DNA of 64,000 nt from Halarcobacter sp. (GCA_048571215.1 CP182352.1:3392001-3456000); one strand, 5' to 3'; shown: positions 51,563-63,198, numbered from the stretch's first letter. The notes: a model not told the origin generated them from the letters alone. Made by a program: numbers and translations.

Positions 51563-54066
51563 TGAGTGATTTAATTACATTAACGATAAATGGTAAAAGT
51601 GTAAAAGCACAAGAGGGTGAAGCTATTTTAAATGTTGCCCGTGCTAATAATATATTTATCCCAGCTTTATGTTATTTGACAAGATGTTCTCCTACATTGG
51701 CATGTAGATTGTGTTTAGTTGAAGCAGATGGAAAACAAGTTTACTCTTGTAATGCAAAAGTAAAAGAGGGGATGTCTGTTATTACTGATACAGAAAATAT
51801 TCATAAAGAAAGAAGAGCTATTATGGAGGTTTATGATGTAAACCATCCATTACAGTGTGGAGTTTGCGATCAAAGTGGTGAGTGTGAGCTTCAAAACTAC
51901 TCTTTATATATGAAAGTTGATTCTCAAAGTTATACAATAAAAGATGTGCCAAGACCAGCTGCAAATTGGGGAGTAATGAAATATGACCCAGGTTTATGTA
52001 TTGTTTGTGAAAAGTGTGTGACTGTTTGTAAAGATATGATTGGTTCAAATGCTTTAAGTACAGTAAAAAGAGGTGCTGATGCCATTGAAAAAACTTTTAA
52101 AGATGAGATGCCAAAAGATGCCTATGCTATGTGGAATAAGTTAAACAAATCACTTATAGGTTTTGATGAAGATTCTTGTACTGATTGTGGAGAGTGTATT
52201 TCAGTTTGTCCTGTAGGGGCACTTGTTAGTTCAGATTTTCAATATAAATCAAATGCTTGGGAGCTTACAAGAATACCAGCAGCAAACCCACACTCATCTG
52301 ATTGTTCTTTTATCTATTATGAAACAAAACATGAGTCAATAGACAATCCAGAGCCAAAAATCTATAGAGTTACAAATGAACACCATTATTCAACTGCAAA
52401 TGGTGCAGCTAGATTTGCTTACGATTTTGAAAATAGAGTTGCAGGAAAAGATGAAGAGAGTTTTAAAAATGCAGTTCTTGCTTTCAAAGAAGCAAAGGTT
52501 ATAAGATTTAACTCATTTATTACAAATGAAGAGGCTTTTCTTTTACAAAAGATAGCTGATAAAACAGGAGCCAAATTAGTAAATAAAGATGCTTACTATT
52601 TTAAAAAGTTTTTAAAAAATTATTCTTCAACATCGGGACAATCTTTATACTCAGCAAATTTAAAAGATGTGCACGATTCTAACTTTGTTATCTCACTTGG
52701 GTCATTTTTAAAATCAGACTTACCTCATGCTAGATATGCTATCAATAATTCAGTAGTTACAAACAAAGGTGCATTTTTGTATTTTCACCCAGTACAAGAT
52801 CCAATAATAGAAAAAATTGGTAAAAAAGGTAAAACTTCTGAATTTGTTTACCATAATCCATTGGCAGAAGAATCTGTTTTATACCTAATTTTAGCTCTAT
52901 TTGGAAAAGATTTGCCACAAGATTTACAAAACTATATAGAGAGTCAAAAAGAGACTAGAACAAAAACTATAAAAGAAGTTGTAAAAGAAACAGTAGTTGA
53001 AAAAGTTACTGACGAAAATGGTGAAGAAAAAGAGGTGAAAAAAGTAGTATCTAAAAAAGTTGATAAGCAAATAGAATTTACTTATTATAAATTTTTAGAT
53101 GTTATTGGTCAAGATGAGTCTTTACTTGATACTATTGATACTCTTTTAGCTAAAAAAGATACTTATTCTTTGGTTATAGGTGAAGATTTGATTAGCCATC
53201 CAAATAGTGAAAACCTTGGTAAACTTTGTGGACTTATAGACAGATTGACTCAGTTTAAGGTTCTAATTATTCCAACTCAAACAAACACTTTAGGGGTTAG
53301 TTTGATTTGTGATTTAGTTGAAGATGAAGAGGGAAAAAGTGTAGGTTATAATGAAAAAGCAGATTTCCAAATAAGTTCACTAGGGGATGGAGATTTAGAT
53401 ATGCCAGCTCTAAATCAACAAGAGGGGACTTTTACAAATATAGATAAAAGAGTTGTCCCTACAAATGCAGCCTTACCTTATAAGGGGTATGTGTTAAATG
53501 ATATTGCAAATGAAATTTTAGAATCTGATGTTGAGTTTACTATTGAATATACTCAAAAGCTACCAACTGAAAAAGGTTTTCAATCACTAGAGTTTGATAG
53601 ATTACCAAACTACTTTGGAAATGATAGGGTTGAATATAGAGGTTATGATATCTCTTATGAAGAGCTTGTAGTGATAAAAGATTTAGAAAAAATATTAAAT
53701 GAAGCTACTATAGTAGATGTAGATGATGCACAAAATAAAACTTTGATGGCAAGTGAAGATGAGATTATCATTTATAAAGCAAATCCTATGAATCAATTCA
53801 ATGAGTTTACAGCCAAAGCCCATGAGTTTGCAAAAGATTTAGAGTCAGGATTTTTTGCTTCAAAAGAGTTATTGGAAAAATACCAATTAGCAAAAGGTGA
53901 TAAAGTACTTGTTTCTTCAAATGGAAAAGAGTTAGAGCTTGAGGCTTTTGAAGATAATCAAATTTTAGGTTCAATAGCTTATGTATCAACTTTCCAAAAA
54001 GATTTAGATACGAAATCTTTATTTGATGGGTACAGATACTCTAAAGCAACAATTAAAAAGGTTTAA
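51562..54066 (+). CDS. nuoG: Complex I subunit G
   Basis: ACRLC, HPLQCGVCDQSGECELQ and CTDCGECISVCPVGAL motifs. Confidence 0.96.
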   Translation: MSDLITLTINGKSVKAQEGEAILNVARANNIFIPALCYLTRCSPTLACRLCLVEADGKQVYSCNAKVKEGMSVITDTENIHKERRAIMEVYDVNHPLQCGVCDQSGECELQNYSLYMKVDSQSYTIKDVPRPAANWGVMKYDPGLCIVCEKCVTVCKDMIGSNALSTVKRGADAIEKTFKDEMPKDAYAMWNKLNKSLIGFDEDSCTDCGECISVCPVGALVSSDFQYKSNAWELTRIPAANPHSSDCSFIYYETKHESIDNPEPKIYRVTNEHHYSTANGAARFAYDFENRVAGKDEESFKNAVLAFKEAKVIRFNSFITNEEAFLLQKIADKTGAKLVNKDAYYFKKFLKNYSSTSGQSLYSANLKDVHDSNFVISLGSFLKSDLPHARYAINNSVVTNKGAFLYFHPVQDPIIEKIGKKGKTSEFVYHNPLAEESVLYLILALFGKDLPQDLQNYIESQKETRTKTIKEVVKETVVEKVTDENGEEKEVKKVVSKKVDKQIEFTYYKFLDVIGQDESLLDTIDTLLAKKDTYSLVIGEDLISHPNSENLGKLCGLIDRLTQFKVLIIPTQTNTLGVSLICDLVEDEEGKSVGYNEKADFQISSLGDGDLDMPALNQQEGTFTNIDKRVVPTNAALPYKGYVLNDIANEILESDVEFTIEYTQKLPTEKGFQSLEFDRLPNYFGNDRVEYRGYDISYEELVVIKDLEKILNEATIVDVDDAQNKTLMASEDEIIIYKANPMNQFNEFTAKAHEFAKDLESGFFASKELLEKYQLAKGDKVLVSSNGKELELEAFEDNQILGSIAYVSTFQKDLDTKSLFDGYRYSKATIKKV

Positions 54067-54068
54067 TC

Positions 54069-55058
54069 ATGGAGATAGGATTTATTATTGAGACAATTGT
54101 AAAAGCAGCAGTGGTTTTAGCAGTATTCTCTGCTTTAGCTGGTTTTACAACATATATTGAAAGAAAAGTCTTAGCATTTATGCAAAGAAGACTTGGACCT
54201 ATGAATGTTGGACCGCACGGGGTTTTACAATTAGCAGCAGATGGTATAAAACTTTTTACAAAAGAGGATTTTATCCCACAAAATGCAGCTAAACCTGTAT
54301 TTATGATTGCGCCAATTATTACTGCGGCAACTGCTTTTATAGCTATGACAGCAGTTCCTTTTTTCCCAGAATTTGAACTATTTGGATATACAGTTAGACC
54401 AATTATTTCTGATGTAAATGTTGGGGTTTTATTTGTTATGGGTGTTGCTTCTGTAGGACTTTATGGACCACTATTAGCTGGTATGAGTTCTGCAAATAAG
54501 TGGGCACTTCTTGGAGGTGCTAGAACTGCAATTCAACTTTTATCTTATGAGGTTGTTTCAGGATTTGCCCTTTTAGCTCCACTTATGTTAGTTGGTTCTT
54601 TATCTTTAATCGATATTAACAATTTTCAAGCAGGGGAAAACTATTGGTTGGTTGTTTATCAACCACTAGCATTTATTTTATTTGTTATTTCAGGATTTGC
54701 AGAAACAAATAGAACACCTTTTGATTTACTTGAACATGAAGCTGAAATTGTTGCAGGATATGCAACTGAGTATTCTGGTATGAGATGGGGTATGTTTTTT
54801 ATTGGGGAGTATGCAAACCTATTTACAATCTGTTTTTTAATTTCACTTATTTTCTTAGGTGGATTTAATGATCTTTGGTTTATCCCTGGGGGATTAGCAA
54901 TTATTTTAAAAGTGATGCTTTTAATCTTTTTCTTTTTATGGACAAGAGCATCATGGCCACATATTAGACCTGACCAATTGATGTGGCTTTGTTGGAAAAT
55001 CTTAATGCCATTAGCAGTAGTTAATATTTTAATTACTGGTTTTGTGATGATGTTTTAG
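54069..55058 (+). CDS. nuoH: Complex I subunit H
   Basis: ERKVLAFMQRRLGP and AETNRTPFDL motifs. Confidence 0.97.
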   Translation: MEIGFIIETIVKAAVVLAVFSALAGFTTYIERKVLAFMQRRLGPMNVGPHGVLQLAADGIKLFTKEDFIPQNAAKPVFMIAPIITAATAFIAMTAVPFFPEFELFGYTVRPIISDVNVGVLFVMGVASVGLYGPLLAGMSSANKWALLGGARTAIQLLSYEVVSGFALLAPLMLVGSLSLIDINNFQAGENYWLVVYQPLAFILFVISGFAETNRTPFDLLEHEAEIVAGYATEYSGMRWGMFFIGEYANLFTICFLISLIFLGGFNDLWFIPGGLAIILKVMLLIFFFLWTRASWPHIRPDQLMWLCWKILMPLAVVNILITGFVMMF

Positions 55059-55064
55059 GAGATA

Positions 55065-55691
55065 GTGATGAGTTTAGACAAACTAAAAGATAGAAATATT
55101 GCAGTTGGTGATTATATAAATATTTTAGAAAATGACTACCCTAAAACTGGCTGGGAAGAGTTTAAGCAAGTAGCACGAAGATCTGTAAAGGGTGAGCTAT
55201 TAGGTGGACTTAAAATTGTTTGGAAGATGATGACGGGTGCACTTCTTAAAGGGGAGATGCATACAGTTCAATATCCAGCGGAAAAACTTCCTATAGGACC
55301 AAGATACAGAGCAGTGCATAAATTGCTTGGTTTATTAGAATCAGGGGAAAACAGATGTATTGGATGTGGACTTTGTGAAAAGATTTGTATTGCTGATTGT
55401 ATTAGAATGGATACAAAAATTGATGAAAACTCTAGAAAAGAGGTTTTAGAGTATACAATCAATATGGGTAGATGTATTTTTTGTGGTTATTGTGCAGAAG
55501 TTTGTCCTGAACTTGCAATTGTACATGGGCAAAGATATGAAAATGCATCTGAACAAAGAGCGCACTTTGTTTTAAAAGAGGATTTACTTACTCCACTTGA
55601 TAAATTAAAAGAGCAAAAAGAGTATCCTGGTTTTGGAGCTGTATCACCTGATGCAGATGAAAAAATCAAGAAAACTCCATTGTCATACTAA
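55065..55691 (+). CDS. nuoI: Complex I subunit I
   Basis: Two CxxCxxCxxxC motifs. Confidence 0.97.
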   Translation: MMSLDKLKDRNIAVGDYINILENDYPKTGWEEFKQVARRSVKGELLGGLKIVWKMMTGALLKGEMHTVQYPAEKLPIGPRYRAVHKLLGLLESGENRCIGCGLCEKICIADCIRMDTKIDENSRKEVLEYTINMGRCIFCGYCAEVCPELAIVHGQRYENASEQRAHFVLKEDLLTPLDKLKEQKEYPGFGAVSPDADEKIKKTPLSY

Positions 55692-55700
55692 GGGGGAACA

Positions 55701-56282
55701 ATGTTTGAGATAGTAGCGTTTTATCTATTTTCGTTTTTAACAATAGTGATGTTCTGTATCACTATATTTACTAACAATTCATTATATGCACTTAGTGCAT
55801 TGGCTGCTGGTATGATATTTATTTCAGCATTCTTTTTTATATTAGATGCTGACTTTTTAGGTGCAGTTCAAATTGTGGTTTATACTGGTGCAGTTATGGC
55901 ACTTTATGCCTTTGGTATGATGTTTTTTGACTCTTTATCAACAGTAAAAGAGAATATAAAAAATCCAAGACTTATATTTTTATTATCAGGTATTTCAGCA
56001 TTTATTATTGTAATGATTTTTATTGCTCCAATAATTGGAACAAATGTTGAAGCACAATACCCAGTACATCCAGAATGGGGTAACTCACAAGATGTTGGTA
56101 TTGTATTATTTACAAAATATCTAATCCCCTTTGAGGTTGCTGCTGTAATGCTTCTTGTGGCAATGATTGGTGGAATTATATTAGCAGGAAAGAAGATGGA
56201 CATATCTTATTCAGAACTCTCAGAAGAGCAAATTGATGAGCTTGAAGCACAACAAAATGCAAAGGATGAGAAATGGGTTTAA
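55701..56282 (+). CDS. nuoJ: Complex I subunit J
   Basis: QIVVYTGAV and PFEVAA motifs. Confidence 0.95.
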   Translation: MFEIVAFYLFSFLTIVMFCITIFTNNSLYALSALAAGMIFISAFFFILDADFLGAVQIVVYTGAVMALYAFGMMFFDSLSTVKENIKNPRLIFLLSGISAFIIVMIFIAPIIGTNVEAQYPVHPEWGNSQDVGIVLFTKYLIPFEVAAVMLLVAMIGGIILAGKKMDISYSELSEEQIDELEAQQNAKDEKWV

Positions 56283-56572
56283 ATGCATATTTGATTCTAT
56301 CAACGGTGCTATTTGTTATAGGGATAACAGGAGTTATTAGAAGAAAAAATCTTTTAATGCTTTTTTTCTCAACAGAGATTATGTTAAATGCAGTAAACAT
56401 TGGGCTTGCAGCTATTTCTAAGTTTTATGGGGATTTAACAGGTCAAATGTTTGCATTTTTTATTATTGCAATTGCAGCAAGTGAAGTTGCAATAGGACTT
56501 GGACTTCTTATTTTAGCTTATAAGAAAAGAAAATCTATAGATTTAGATACTTTACAAAGTATGAAGGGGTAA
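56273..56572 (+). CDS. nuoK: Complex I subunit K
   Basis: EIMLNAVN and AASEVAIGL motifs. Confidence 0.96.
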   Translation: MGLNAYLILSTVLFVIGITGVIRRKNLLMLFFSTEIMLNAVNIGLAAISKFYGDLTGQMFAFFIIAIAASEVAIGLGLLILAYKKRKSIDLDTLQSMKG

Positions 56573-58506
56573 TGATGGAAAAATACTTATATATAGCACT
56601 TTTTGCCCCTCTAGTTGGCTCTTTGATAGCTACATGCTTTTCAATGAAGCCAAAACTACTTTTTACAGGAATTATAACATCTGTACTTTTAGCTGTATCG
56701 ATGATAGCTTCATTAAATCTACTTTATTATGTTTATACAAGTGATGCAATAGTTCATGTGAAAATGCTTGATTGGATATCTATAGGTAACTTACATATCC
56801 CATTTGGTTTTGTGGTTGACCAAGTTAGTGTTACCATGATGGTAGTTGTAACAATTGTTTCAACGATGGTACATGTACATTCAATTGGTTATATGGACCA
56901 TGATAAATCATTTAATAGATTTTTTGCTTGGCTTTCAGCTTTCGTTTTTTCAATGATGATATTAGTTATGTCTGATAACTTTGCTGGCTTATTTATAGGT
57001 TGGGAAGGTGTTGGTCTTTGTTCTTGGGGATTGATTGGGTTTTGGTATCATGTTGCAGATAGAGAAAAATCCTCTGATATCTATAAATCACCATTTTCAA
57101 CCCTATCACCATTCTCTTCAATCTCTCCTAGTTTTGCAGCAAATGAAGCTTTTATAACAAATAGAGTTGCTGACCTTGGGATGTTAGTTGGATTGTTTTT
57201 AATCTATTGGAACCTTGGAAGCTTACAATATGATGAGGTTTTTGCAAATATAGGAAGCCTAAGTAGTGGTTTAGTAGTTGCAATTGCAGCATTTTTATTT
57301 ATTGGTGCAATGGGTAAATCAGCACAATTTCCTTTTAACCAATGGTTAGCAAATGCAATGGAGGGTCCAACTCCTGTATCTGCTCTTATCCATGCTGCTA
57401 CAATGGTAACAGCAGGGGTTTATTTAGTGATTCGTGCAAATGAGATATTTACTGTAGTTCCACAAGTTGGATACTTTATAGCTTGTCTTGGAGCATTTGT
57501 AGCTATTGGTGCTGCTTCAATGGCACTTGTAGCAACAAATATCAAAAAAATCATCGCTTTTTCAACCCTGTCTCAACTTGGATATATGTTTGTAGCTGCT
57601 GGTCTTGGAGCTTATTGGGTAGCTTTATTTCACCTTGCAACCCATGCCTTTTTTAAATCGGTTTTATTCTTAGGTGCAGGTAATGTTATGCATGCTCTTA
57701 ATGATGAGATAAATATTAAAAATATGGGTGGACTTCATAAACATATGAAAGGGACATCTATTATTATGACAATAGCTTCTGTTGCCCTTGCTGGGATTTT
57801 TCCATTATCTGGGTTCTTCTCAAAAGACTTGATCTTAGAAGTTGCTTTTGGAACACACTCATATATCTTATGGGCAATTTTATGGATAACTGCTGGACTT
57901 ACTGCCTTTTATTCATTTAGACTTATTATGTATGTATTTCATGGGGAAGAGAACTTTAAAACTAAAGGGTATCATCCACATGAAACTTATCCATTTGTAA
58001 TTGCAGCTATGACTCCACTTGCAATTTTAGCGATTATTGCAGGATGGTTTAAAGATTCATTTATTGAGATGATTACAAAACTATTACCAGAGTTAGAGGT
58101 TCATGCAAGTGAAAGTACACTATATATACTAATAGTTATTACAACTGCGATTGCCCTTGGTGGTATCGCTTTTGCTGTTTTCAAATATAAAAAAGATGGT
58201 ACTTATTTTAGTGAAAAACTAAAAAACAGACCTTGTTATAAAATTTTGGCAAATCAATATTTTATGCCGCACATTATAGAAAATGTTATTATCAAACCAT
58301 ATTTAGCACTTTCTAAATTTGCTTGGAGAAGTATTGATCTTAGAATTGTTGATGCAATTGTTGATGCAATTGCAAAAGTTGTGTATAAAAGTGGTGAAGG
58401 AAGTAGGGTTATTCAAACGGGTAACTTATCAAGTTCGCTACGCTTAATGATTGTCGGTATTACAGTACTACTAGTGTGGATTGTTGCACTAGGTATTGCA
58501 AAGTAA
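56572..58506 (+). CDS. nuoL: Complex I subunit L
   Basis: GWEGVG, GKSAQFP and AMEGPTPVSALIHAATMV motifs. Confidence 0.97.
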   Translation: MMEKYLYIALFAPLVGSLIATCFSMKPKLLFTGIITSVLLAVSMIASLNLLYYVYTSDAIVHVKMLDWISIGNLHIPFGFVVDQVSVTMMVVVTIVSTMVHVHSIGYMDHDKSFNRFFAWLSAFVFSMMILVMSDNFAGLFIGWEGVGLCSWGLIGFWYHVADREKSSDIYKSPFSTLSPFSSISPSFAANEAFITNRVADLGMLVGLFLIYWNLGSLQYDEVFANIGSLSSGLVVAIAAFLFIGAMGKSAQFPFNQWLANAMEGPTPVSALIHAATMVTAGVYLVIRANEIFTVVPQVGYFIACLGAFVAIGAASMALVATNIKKIIAFSTLSQLGYMFVAAGLGAYWVALFHLATHAFFKSVLFLGAGNVMHALNDEINIKNMGGLHKHMKGTSIIMTIASVALAGIFPLSGFFSKDLILEVAFGTHSYILWAILWITAGLTAFYSFRLIMYVFHGEENFKTKGYHPHETYPFVIAAMTPLAILAIIAGWFKDSFIEMITKLLPELEVHASESTLYILIVITTAIALGGIAFAVFKYKKDGTYFSEKLKNRPCYKILANQYFMPHIIENVIIKPYLALSKFAWRSIDLRIVDAIVDAIAKVVYKSGEGSRVIQTGNLSSSLRLMIVGITVLLVWIVALGIAK

Positions 58507-58519
58507 GGGGTTAATGAAT

Positions 58520-60052
58520 ATGGAACACATTTTATCGATTTTAATATTTTTTCCAGCATTTGCAGCACTAATTGGATTTTTAGTAAAAAATGATTCAATT
58601 AGGATGTATGGTATTGTGGTTACTGCAATAGAGTTTGCACTAAGTATATTTTTATGGTTTAGTTTTGATACAAATATTGCAGGTATGCAGTTTTCGCAAA
58701 TATCTCCTATAATTAGTGCTTATGGGATCAATTATCAAGTGGGGATAGATGGTATTTCACTATTTTTAGTGATTATGACTACCTTTATGACTATGATTTC
58801 AATCATTGGTCTAACTGAAAAAAGAAATCTAAAGCATCTAATCATAACTGTATTATTTTTAGAGATGACTATGGTTGGTGTTTTTGTTGCTTTAGATGCT
58901 ATTATTTTTTATGCATTTTGGGAACTATCACTTGTACCTATGCTTTATATTATTGGGGCTTGGGGTGGACAGTTAAGAATCTATGCCTCAATCAAGTTTT
59001 TCTTATATACCTTTTTAGGGTCTCTTATAATGCTTGTTGGTATGTTGTATCTTGGATATGTATATTTCCAAACTACTGGGAATTGGAGTTTTAGCATCTT
59101 AGATTGGAATATGATGATATTGCCTTTTGATATGCAGTTTTGGTTATTTATTGCTTTCTTTTGTGGTTTTGCTATCAAAGTTCCAATGTTTCCATTTCAT
59201 ACATGGCTTCCATATGCTCATGGTCAAGCACCAACTATAGGTTCTGTAATCTTAGCTGCTGTTTTACTTAAAATGGGTACTTATGGTTTTGTTAGATTTT
59301 CACTTCCATTATTTCCTGACGCAAGTGTTTATTTTACAATTCCTATGGCAATCTTAGCTTTAATAGCTATTATCTATACTGCTATGGTAGCTTATGCCCA
59401 AGAGGATATGAAGCAAGTTATTGCTTACTCATCTGTTTCACATATGGGTGTAATTATATTAGGTATATTTGCACTAAATGTTGAAGGGATTGGAGGATCT
59501 ATTTTCCTAATGATTTCACACGGAATTGTTTCAGGGGCACTGTTTATGTTAGTTGGGGTTATTTATGATAGAAGACACACTAAGATGATAAAAGATTTTG
59601 GAGGACTTGCAAAGGTTATGCCAAAATATGCAACAATCTTTGCAGTTATGCTTATGGCATCGGTTGGACTTCCTTTAACTATTGGTTTTGTTGGGGAGTT
59701 TTTATCTTTACTTGGGTTTTTCAAAGTTTCACCAGTACTTACTTTAATTGCAGGATTGACTATTATCTTAGGGGCAGTTTATATGTTAGTGATGTATAAA
59801 AAATCTTTTTTTGGACCACTTACAAACCCAGAAAATGAAAAACTTCAGGATATAAAAGGTAGAGAGGTAGCAGCTCTTTTACCTCTTGTGGCATTGGTTG
59901 TTATCTTAGGGGTTTATCCAAAACCTATACTAGACCCAGTTAATAAATCTGTTTCACAATTGGTTGAAATAATGCAGATAAAGGCGGTAAATCAAGATAC
60001 AAAGAGTAAAATCTTACAGTATAACAGTATTGGGGAGGTGAAACATGACTAA
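58520..60052 (+). CDS. nuoM: Complex I subunit M
   Basis: [12 protein letters not shown] and LKMGTYG motifs; start is 58514 or 58520. Confidence 0.96.
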   Translation: MEHILSILIFFPAFAALIGFLVKNDSIRMYGIVVTAIEFALSIFLWFSFDTNIAGMQFSQISPIISAYGINYQVGIDGISLFLVIMTTFMTMISIIGLTEKRNLKHLIITVLFLEMTMVGVFVALDAIIFYAFWELSLVPMLYIIGAWGGQLRIYASIKFFLYTFLGSLIMLVGMLYLGYVYFQTTGNWSFSILDWNMMILPFDMQFWLFIAFFCGFAIKVPMFPFHTWLPYAHGQAPTIGSVILAAVLLKMGTYGFVRFSLPLFPDASVYFTIPMAILALIAIIYTAMVAYAQEDMKQVIAYSSVSHMGVIILGIFALNVEGIGGSIFLMISHGIVSGALFMLVGVIYDRRHTKMIKDFGGLAKVMPKYATIFAVMLMASVGLPLTIGFVGEFLSLLGFFKVSPVLTLIAGLTIILGAVYMLVMYKKSFFGPLTNPENEKLQDIKGREVAALLPLVALVVILGVYPKPILDPVNKSVSQLVEIMQIKAVNQDTKSKILQYNSIGEVKHD

Positions 60053-61535
60053 TATCCCAAGTATAGCAATCGATTTTGCTAGTTTAAACTTTGCAACAAT
60101 CACCCCAATGATTATGGCTATAGTAGGTGCCTTAGTGATTTTATGTATAGATTTAGTAAATAAAAATCTTGATAAATCACTTTATATCATGTTAACTGTA
60201 TTGTTTTTATTGGTAGATTTTGGAGCCTTGATTGGATATAGTGGAAATGTAAGAGGTTTTTTTGACTTAATGTTAGTTGATGGTATCTCTATACTTTCAC
60301 AAGCGATTATAGTAATAGCCTCAATACTATTTATAATAGCAGCTATGAGTAAACTAAGATTTCAAGAGTATAGATACCCTGAGTACTTTGCCTTGTATTT
60401 GTTTATGGTAGCTGGTTTTCAATTTATGGTAAGTTCTGATTCTCTTATTTTAATCTTTGTTGGACTAGAAACAGCTTCTATGGCTTTATATACATTGATT
60501 GCTATGCACAATAAACAAAATGCCCTTGAAGCTGCTATAAAATACTTTACAATGGGTGCAGTGGCAACTGGTTTTTTTGCCTTTGGTTCTATGATATTTT
60601 ATGCCTTAACAGGAACTGTAGAGTTGGGACAAATATCTGAATCTTTGGTATCAACAAATTTTGCTAATTATCCAGTTGTATTAATTGGTGTGGTGTTTAT
60701 GTTAGGTGCCTTAGCCTTTAAACTTTCACTTGTACCATTTCACACTTGGGTTGCTGATGTTTATGAGGGCTCAACCGCTTCCTTAGCAGGATTTATGTCA
60801 GTTGTACCAAAAATGGCAGGATTTGTAGTAGCCTTGAGATTTTTTGAAATCTTTGTTGCTAGTGGAGATATGTTTGTAGAACTTGTTTTATATGCAATAG
60901 TTATTTTAACAATGACCTTACCAAATATTATTGCACTTTTACAAACAGATTTAAAAAGGATGTTAGCTTACTCTTCTGTTTCTAATGCAGGTTTTGCAAT
61001 GTCAGCTATTTTAATAGGAACAACACAAGCTACAAGTGGGTTGTTTTTATATTGGTCTTTATTTTTGATTACAAATTTAGGTGGATTTACAATGATTTGG
61101 ATGAATAGAGAGAAATCTAATAGTTCATTTGACAGTGACCACAGTTTGGAAAAATATTCAGGTCTTATAAAAACCTCTCCATTAACAGCAACTATGATGG
61201 GACTATTTTTGTTAAGTCTTGCTGGTATTCCACCATTTGCACTATTTTGGGGTAAAATGTACCTAATAGGAAGTGCTGTAAATGCTGGATATTTAATCTT
61301 AGCTCTAATTATGGCAATAAACTCTGCAATAGCAGCATACTATTATCTAAAACCAATAGTATATATGTTCTTAAAAGAGCCAGTAGAAGATAAAAAAGTT
61401 GTTTATATGTCAAATGCGACAACAACAGTTAAAAGTTTGATTGGCGTTTGTGCAATAGTAACAATCCTTTCAATTTTTATAATAAACCCACTTTTAGAAC
61501 TAATCTCTTATTACGTACAAATCTCAGGTTTCTAG
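60045..61535 (+). CDS. nuoN: Complex I subunit N
   Basis: [19 protein letters not shown] and KRMLAYSS motifs. Confidence 0.96.
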   Translation: MTNIPSIAIDFASLNFATITPMIMAIVGALVILCIDLVNKNLDKSLYIMLTVLFLLVDFGALIGYSGNVRGFFDLMLVDGISILSQAIIVIASILFIIAAMSKLRFQEYRYPEYFALYLFMVAGFQFMVSSDSLILIFVGLETASMALYTLIAMHNKQNALEAAIKYFTMGAVATGFFAFGSMIFYALTGTVELGQISESLVSTNFANYPVVLIGVVFMLGALAFKLSLVPFHTWVADVYEGSTASLAGFMSVVPKMAGFVVALRFFEIFVASGDMFVELVLYAIVILTMTLPNIIALLQTDLKRMLAYSSVSNAGFAMSAILIGTTQATSGLFLYWSLFLITNLGGFTMIWMNREKSNSSFDSDHSLEKYSGLIKTSPLTATMMGLFLLSLAGIPPFALFWGKMYLIGSAVNAGYLILALIMAINSAIAAYYYLKPIVYMFLKEPVEDKKVVYMSNATTTVKSLIGVCAIVTILSIFIINPLLELISYYVQISGF

Positions 61536-61553
61536 GATATTTATCCTAGAAAC
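61528..61553 (+). terminator. Hairpin at the end of the nuo operon
   Basis: gtttctaggata-tt-tatcctagaaac. Confidence 0.6.
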
Positions 61554-61650
61554 TAAACTTCTAAATAAAATATTTAAATAAAAATTTTATTCAAATAGAT
61601 GATTATTTATTATAAATACCAATAAAATAAAAAATCTATATATAAAATCT

Positions 61651-61673
61651 AAAATGCAACTAAGTTGCATTTT
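61651..61673. promoter_or_regulatory. Palindromic operator-like site upstream of dksA
   Basis: aaaatgcaact-a-agttgcatttt (11-1-11). Confidence 0.55.
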
Positions 61674-61704
61674 GATAATATTTCCATAAAATTTGGGGAA
61701 TAAA

Positions 61705-62067
61705 ATGGCTAGAGAACTTAATAAAAAACAAATAGAGGAAGTTAAAACTCTATTATTAGAAGCGAAAGCTAAAATAGAAAATGTGTTAAATAATATATCT
61801 GATGATCATAATTCTTTAAATGATATGGATTTAAATGATGAGGGTGATTTTGCAGTTGCAAGTAGGGATTTTAATACTGATATGCATATTAAAAAACAGC
61901 AGTTAGAAGAGTTGGAATTGATCAATCATGCACTTAAAAAGATAGAAAAGGGCGAGTTTACTGGTGGATGCGAAATGTGTGATGCAGATATTGGTATGAG
62001 ACGTCTTAGGGTAAAACCATATGCAAAATATTGTATAGATTGTAGGACTTATTTAGATAAAAAATAA
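61705..62067 (+). CDS. dksA: DksA/TraR C4 zinc-finger protein
   Basis: DEGDFA, CEMC...RL.VKPYAKYCIDC; likely ATG start at 61705. Confidence 0.88.
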   Translation: MARELNKKQIEEVKTLLLEAKAKIENVLNNISDDHNSLNDMDLNDEGDFAVASRDFNTDMHIKKQQLEELELINHALKKIEKGEFTGGCEMCDADIGMRRLRVKPYAKYCIDCRTYLDKK

Positions 62068-62079
62068 ATTAATATTATT

Positions 62080-62112
62080 TGTGACGAAAATGTGACAATA
62101 TCTTGCTATGAT
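62080..62112 (+). promoter_or_regulatory. TGTGAC-N5-TGTGAC direct repeat 10 nt upstream of a TATGAT -10 box
   Basis: Mirrors 41724-41756. Confidence 0.65.
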
Positions 62113-62139
62113 TAGTAAAATATATCTTGGGGTAATAAT

Positions 62140-63198
62140 ATGAAAAAATATTTTAAACTTATAGCAATAATTATATTTTTATTTAACAATCTCCTTTATG
62201 CAGATAAACAAGAAGAGAAAAAACTTTATGATAAAGCAATGGAGCTAATAGATGATTATAGTGGCAATAGCACAAACTTATATGAAGCACTTTATCAAAT
62301 AGAAAAAATAAAAAAGATTAATTCAAATAGCAAATATTATTTTATCTCAAAAGGAAGGTATTTAAGAATAAAAGGTTATTTATATGGGGACACTTATGAG
62401 GATGAAGCTTTAGAAAAATCAAAGAGTTTTATAAAAAAAGCTATTAAGATTGAACCCTCTTATATTGATTCTTATTTTTATGGAATACCTACTTATATCT
62501 ATGGAAATGATATAGTAAGCGCAAAAGATTTTATTAAAAAAACTGAAAAACTAGTAAAAAGTGAAAAGGATAGAGGAAAATTATTATATATGAAAACTCA
62601 ATTGGACTTAAAATTAAAAAAGTTTGATTTAGTAATAGAAAATAGTAATAAAATACTTAAACTAGATATTCCAGAAAAATTTTATTATGGGGTATATTCT
62701 AATTTAGCACAAGCTTATAAAAATATAAAAGAGTATGATAAAGCAGAGTCTTATTATAAAAAGGTAATTGAACTTAAATCAAGTGCTTGGAATATATTCA
62801 ATCTAGGTAGTTTTTATTATAATTATAAAAAAGAGTATGATAAAGCGATAAAATATTGTAAAGAGGCAATCTCAATTATGAATTTTCCTTTGGCTAATAA
62901 AGTCCTTGGAAAAGCATATTATAAGAAAGCAGCAAAACTTTATTGGGATGAAAAATGGTACCAAGATGCTTTGGAAAATTTCCTTTTATCCGTTCAATAT
63001 TACCCAACATCAAATGGCTATTATGGCTTAGGTCTATCATACTATCAAGTGGGGCATGGAACAAAAAATAAGGATTTGATATTAAAAGCAAAAGAGGCTT
63101 TTGAATACTCCTTGGAATTGAACCCAGATAACAAATATTCAAAAAAATATTTGTTTAGAGTAAATGAGCTTTTAACTTGGATTGAGCAAAATCAATAG
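62140..63198 (+). CDS. Secreted TPR-repeat protein
   Basis: Signal peptide; repeated NLAxAY...YDKAxxYYKK TPR units. Confidence 0.85.
   Translation: MKKYFKLIAIIIFLFNNLLYADKQEEKKLYDKAMELIDDYSGNSTNLYEALYQIEKIKKINSNSKYYFISKGRYLRIKGYLYGDTYEDEALEKSKSFIKKAIKIEPSYIDSYFYGIPTYIYGNDIVSAKDFIKKTEKLVKSEKDRGKLLYMKTQLDLKLKKFDLVIENSNKILKLDIPEKFYYGVYSNLAQAYKNIKEYDKAESYYKKVIELKSSAWNIFNLGSFYYNYKKEYDKAIKYCKEAISIMNFPLANKVLGKAYYKKAAKLYWDEKWYQDALENFLLSVQYYPTSNGYYGLGLSYYQVGHGTKNKDLILKAKEAFEYSLELNPDNKYSKKYLFRVNELLTWIEQNQ

Noticed and set aside
57050..57140. SPFS-like tandem insert in a NuoL loop
   Set aside because: Short in-frame loop variation; no sign of an intein or mobile element.
4111..63142. Many 60-166 aa ORFs antisense to or overlapping long genes (e.g. 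4111, 5377, 21274, 27801, 43815, 55904, 62894)
   Set aside because: Shadow frames of well-supported genes, with no recognisable motifs.
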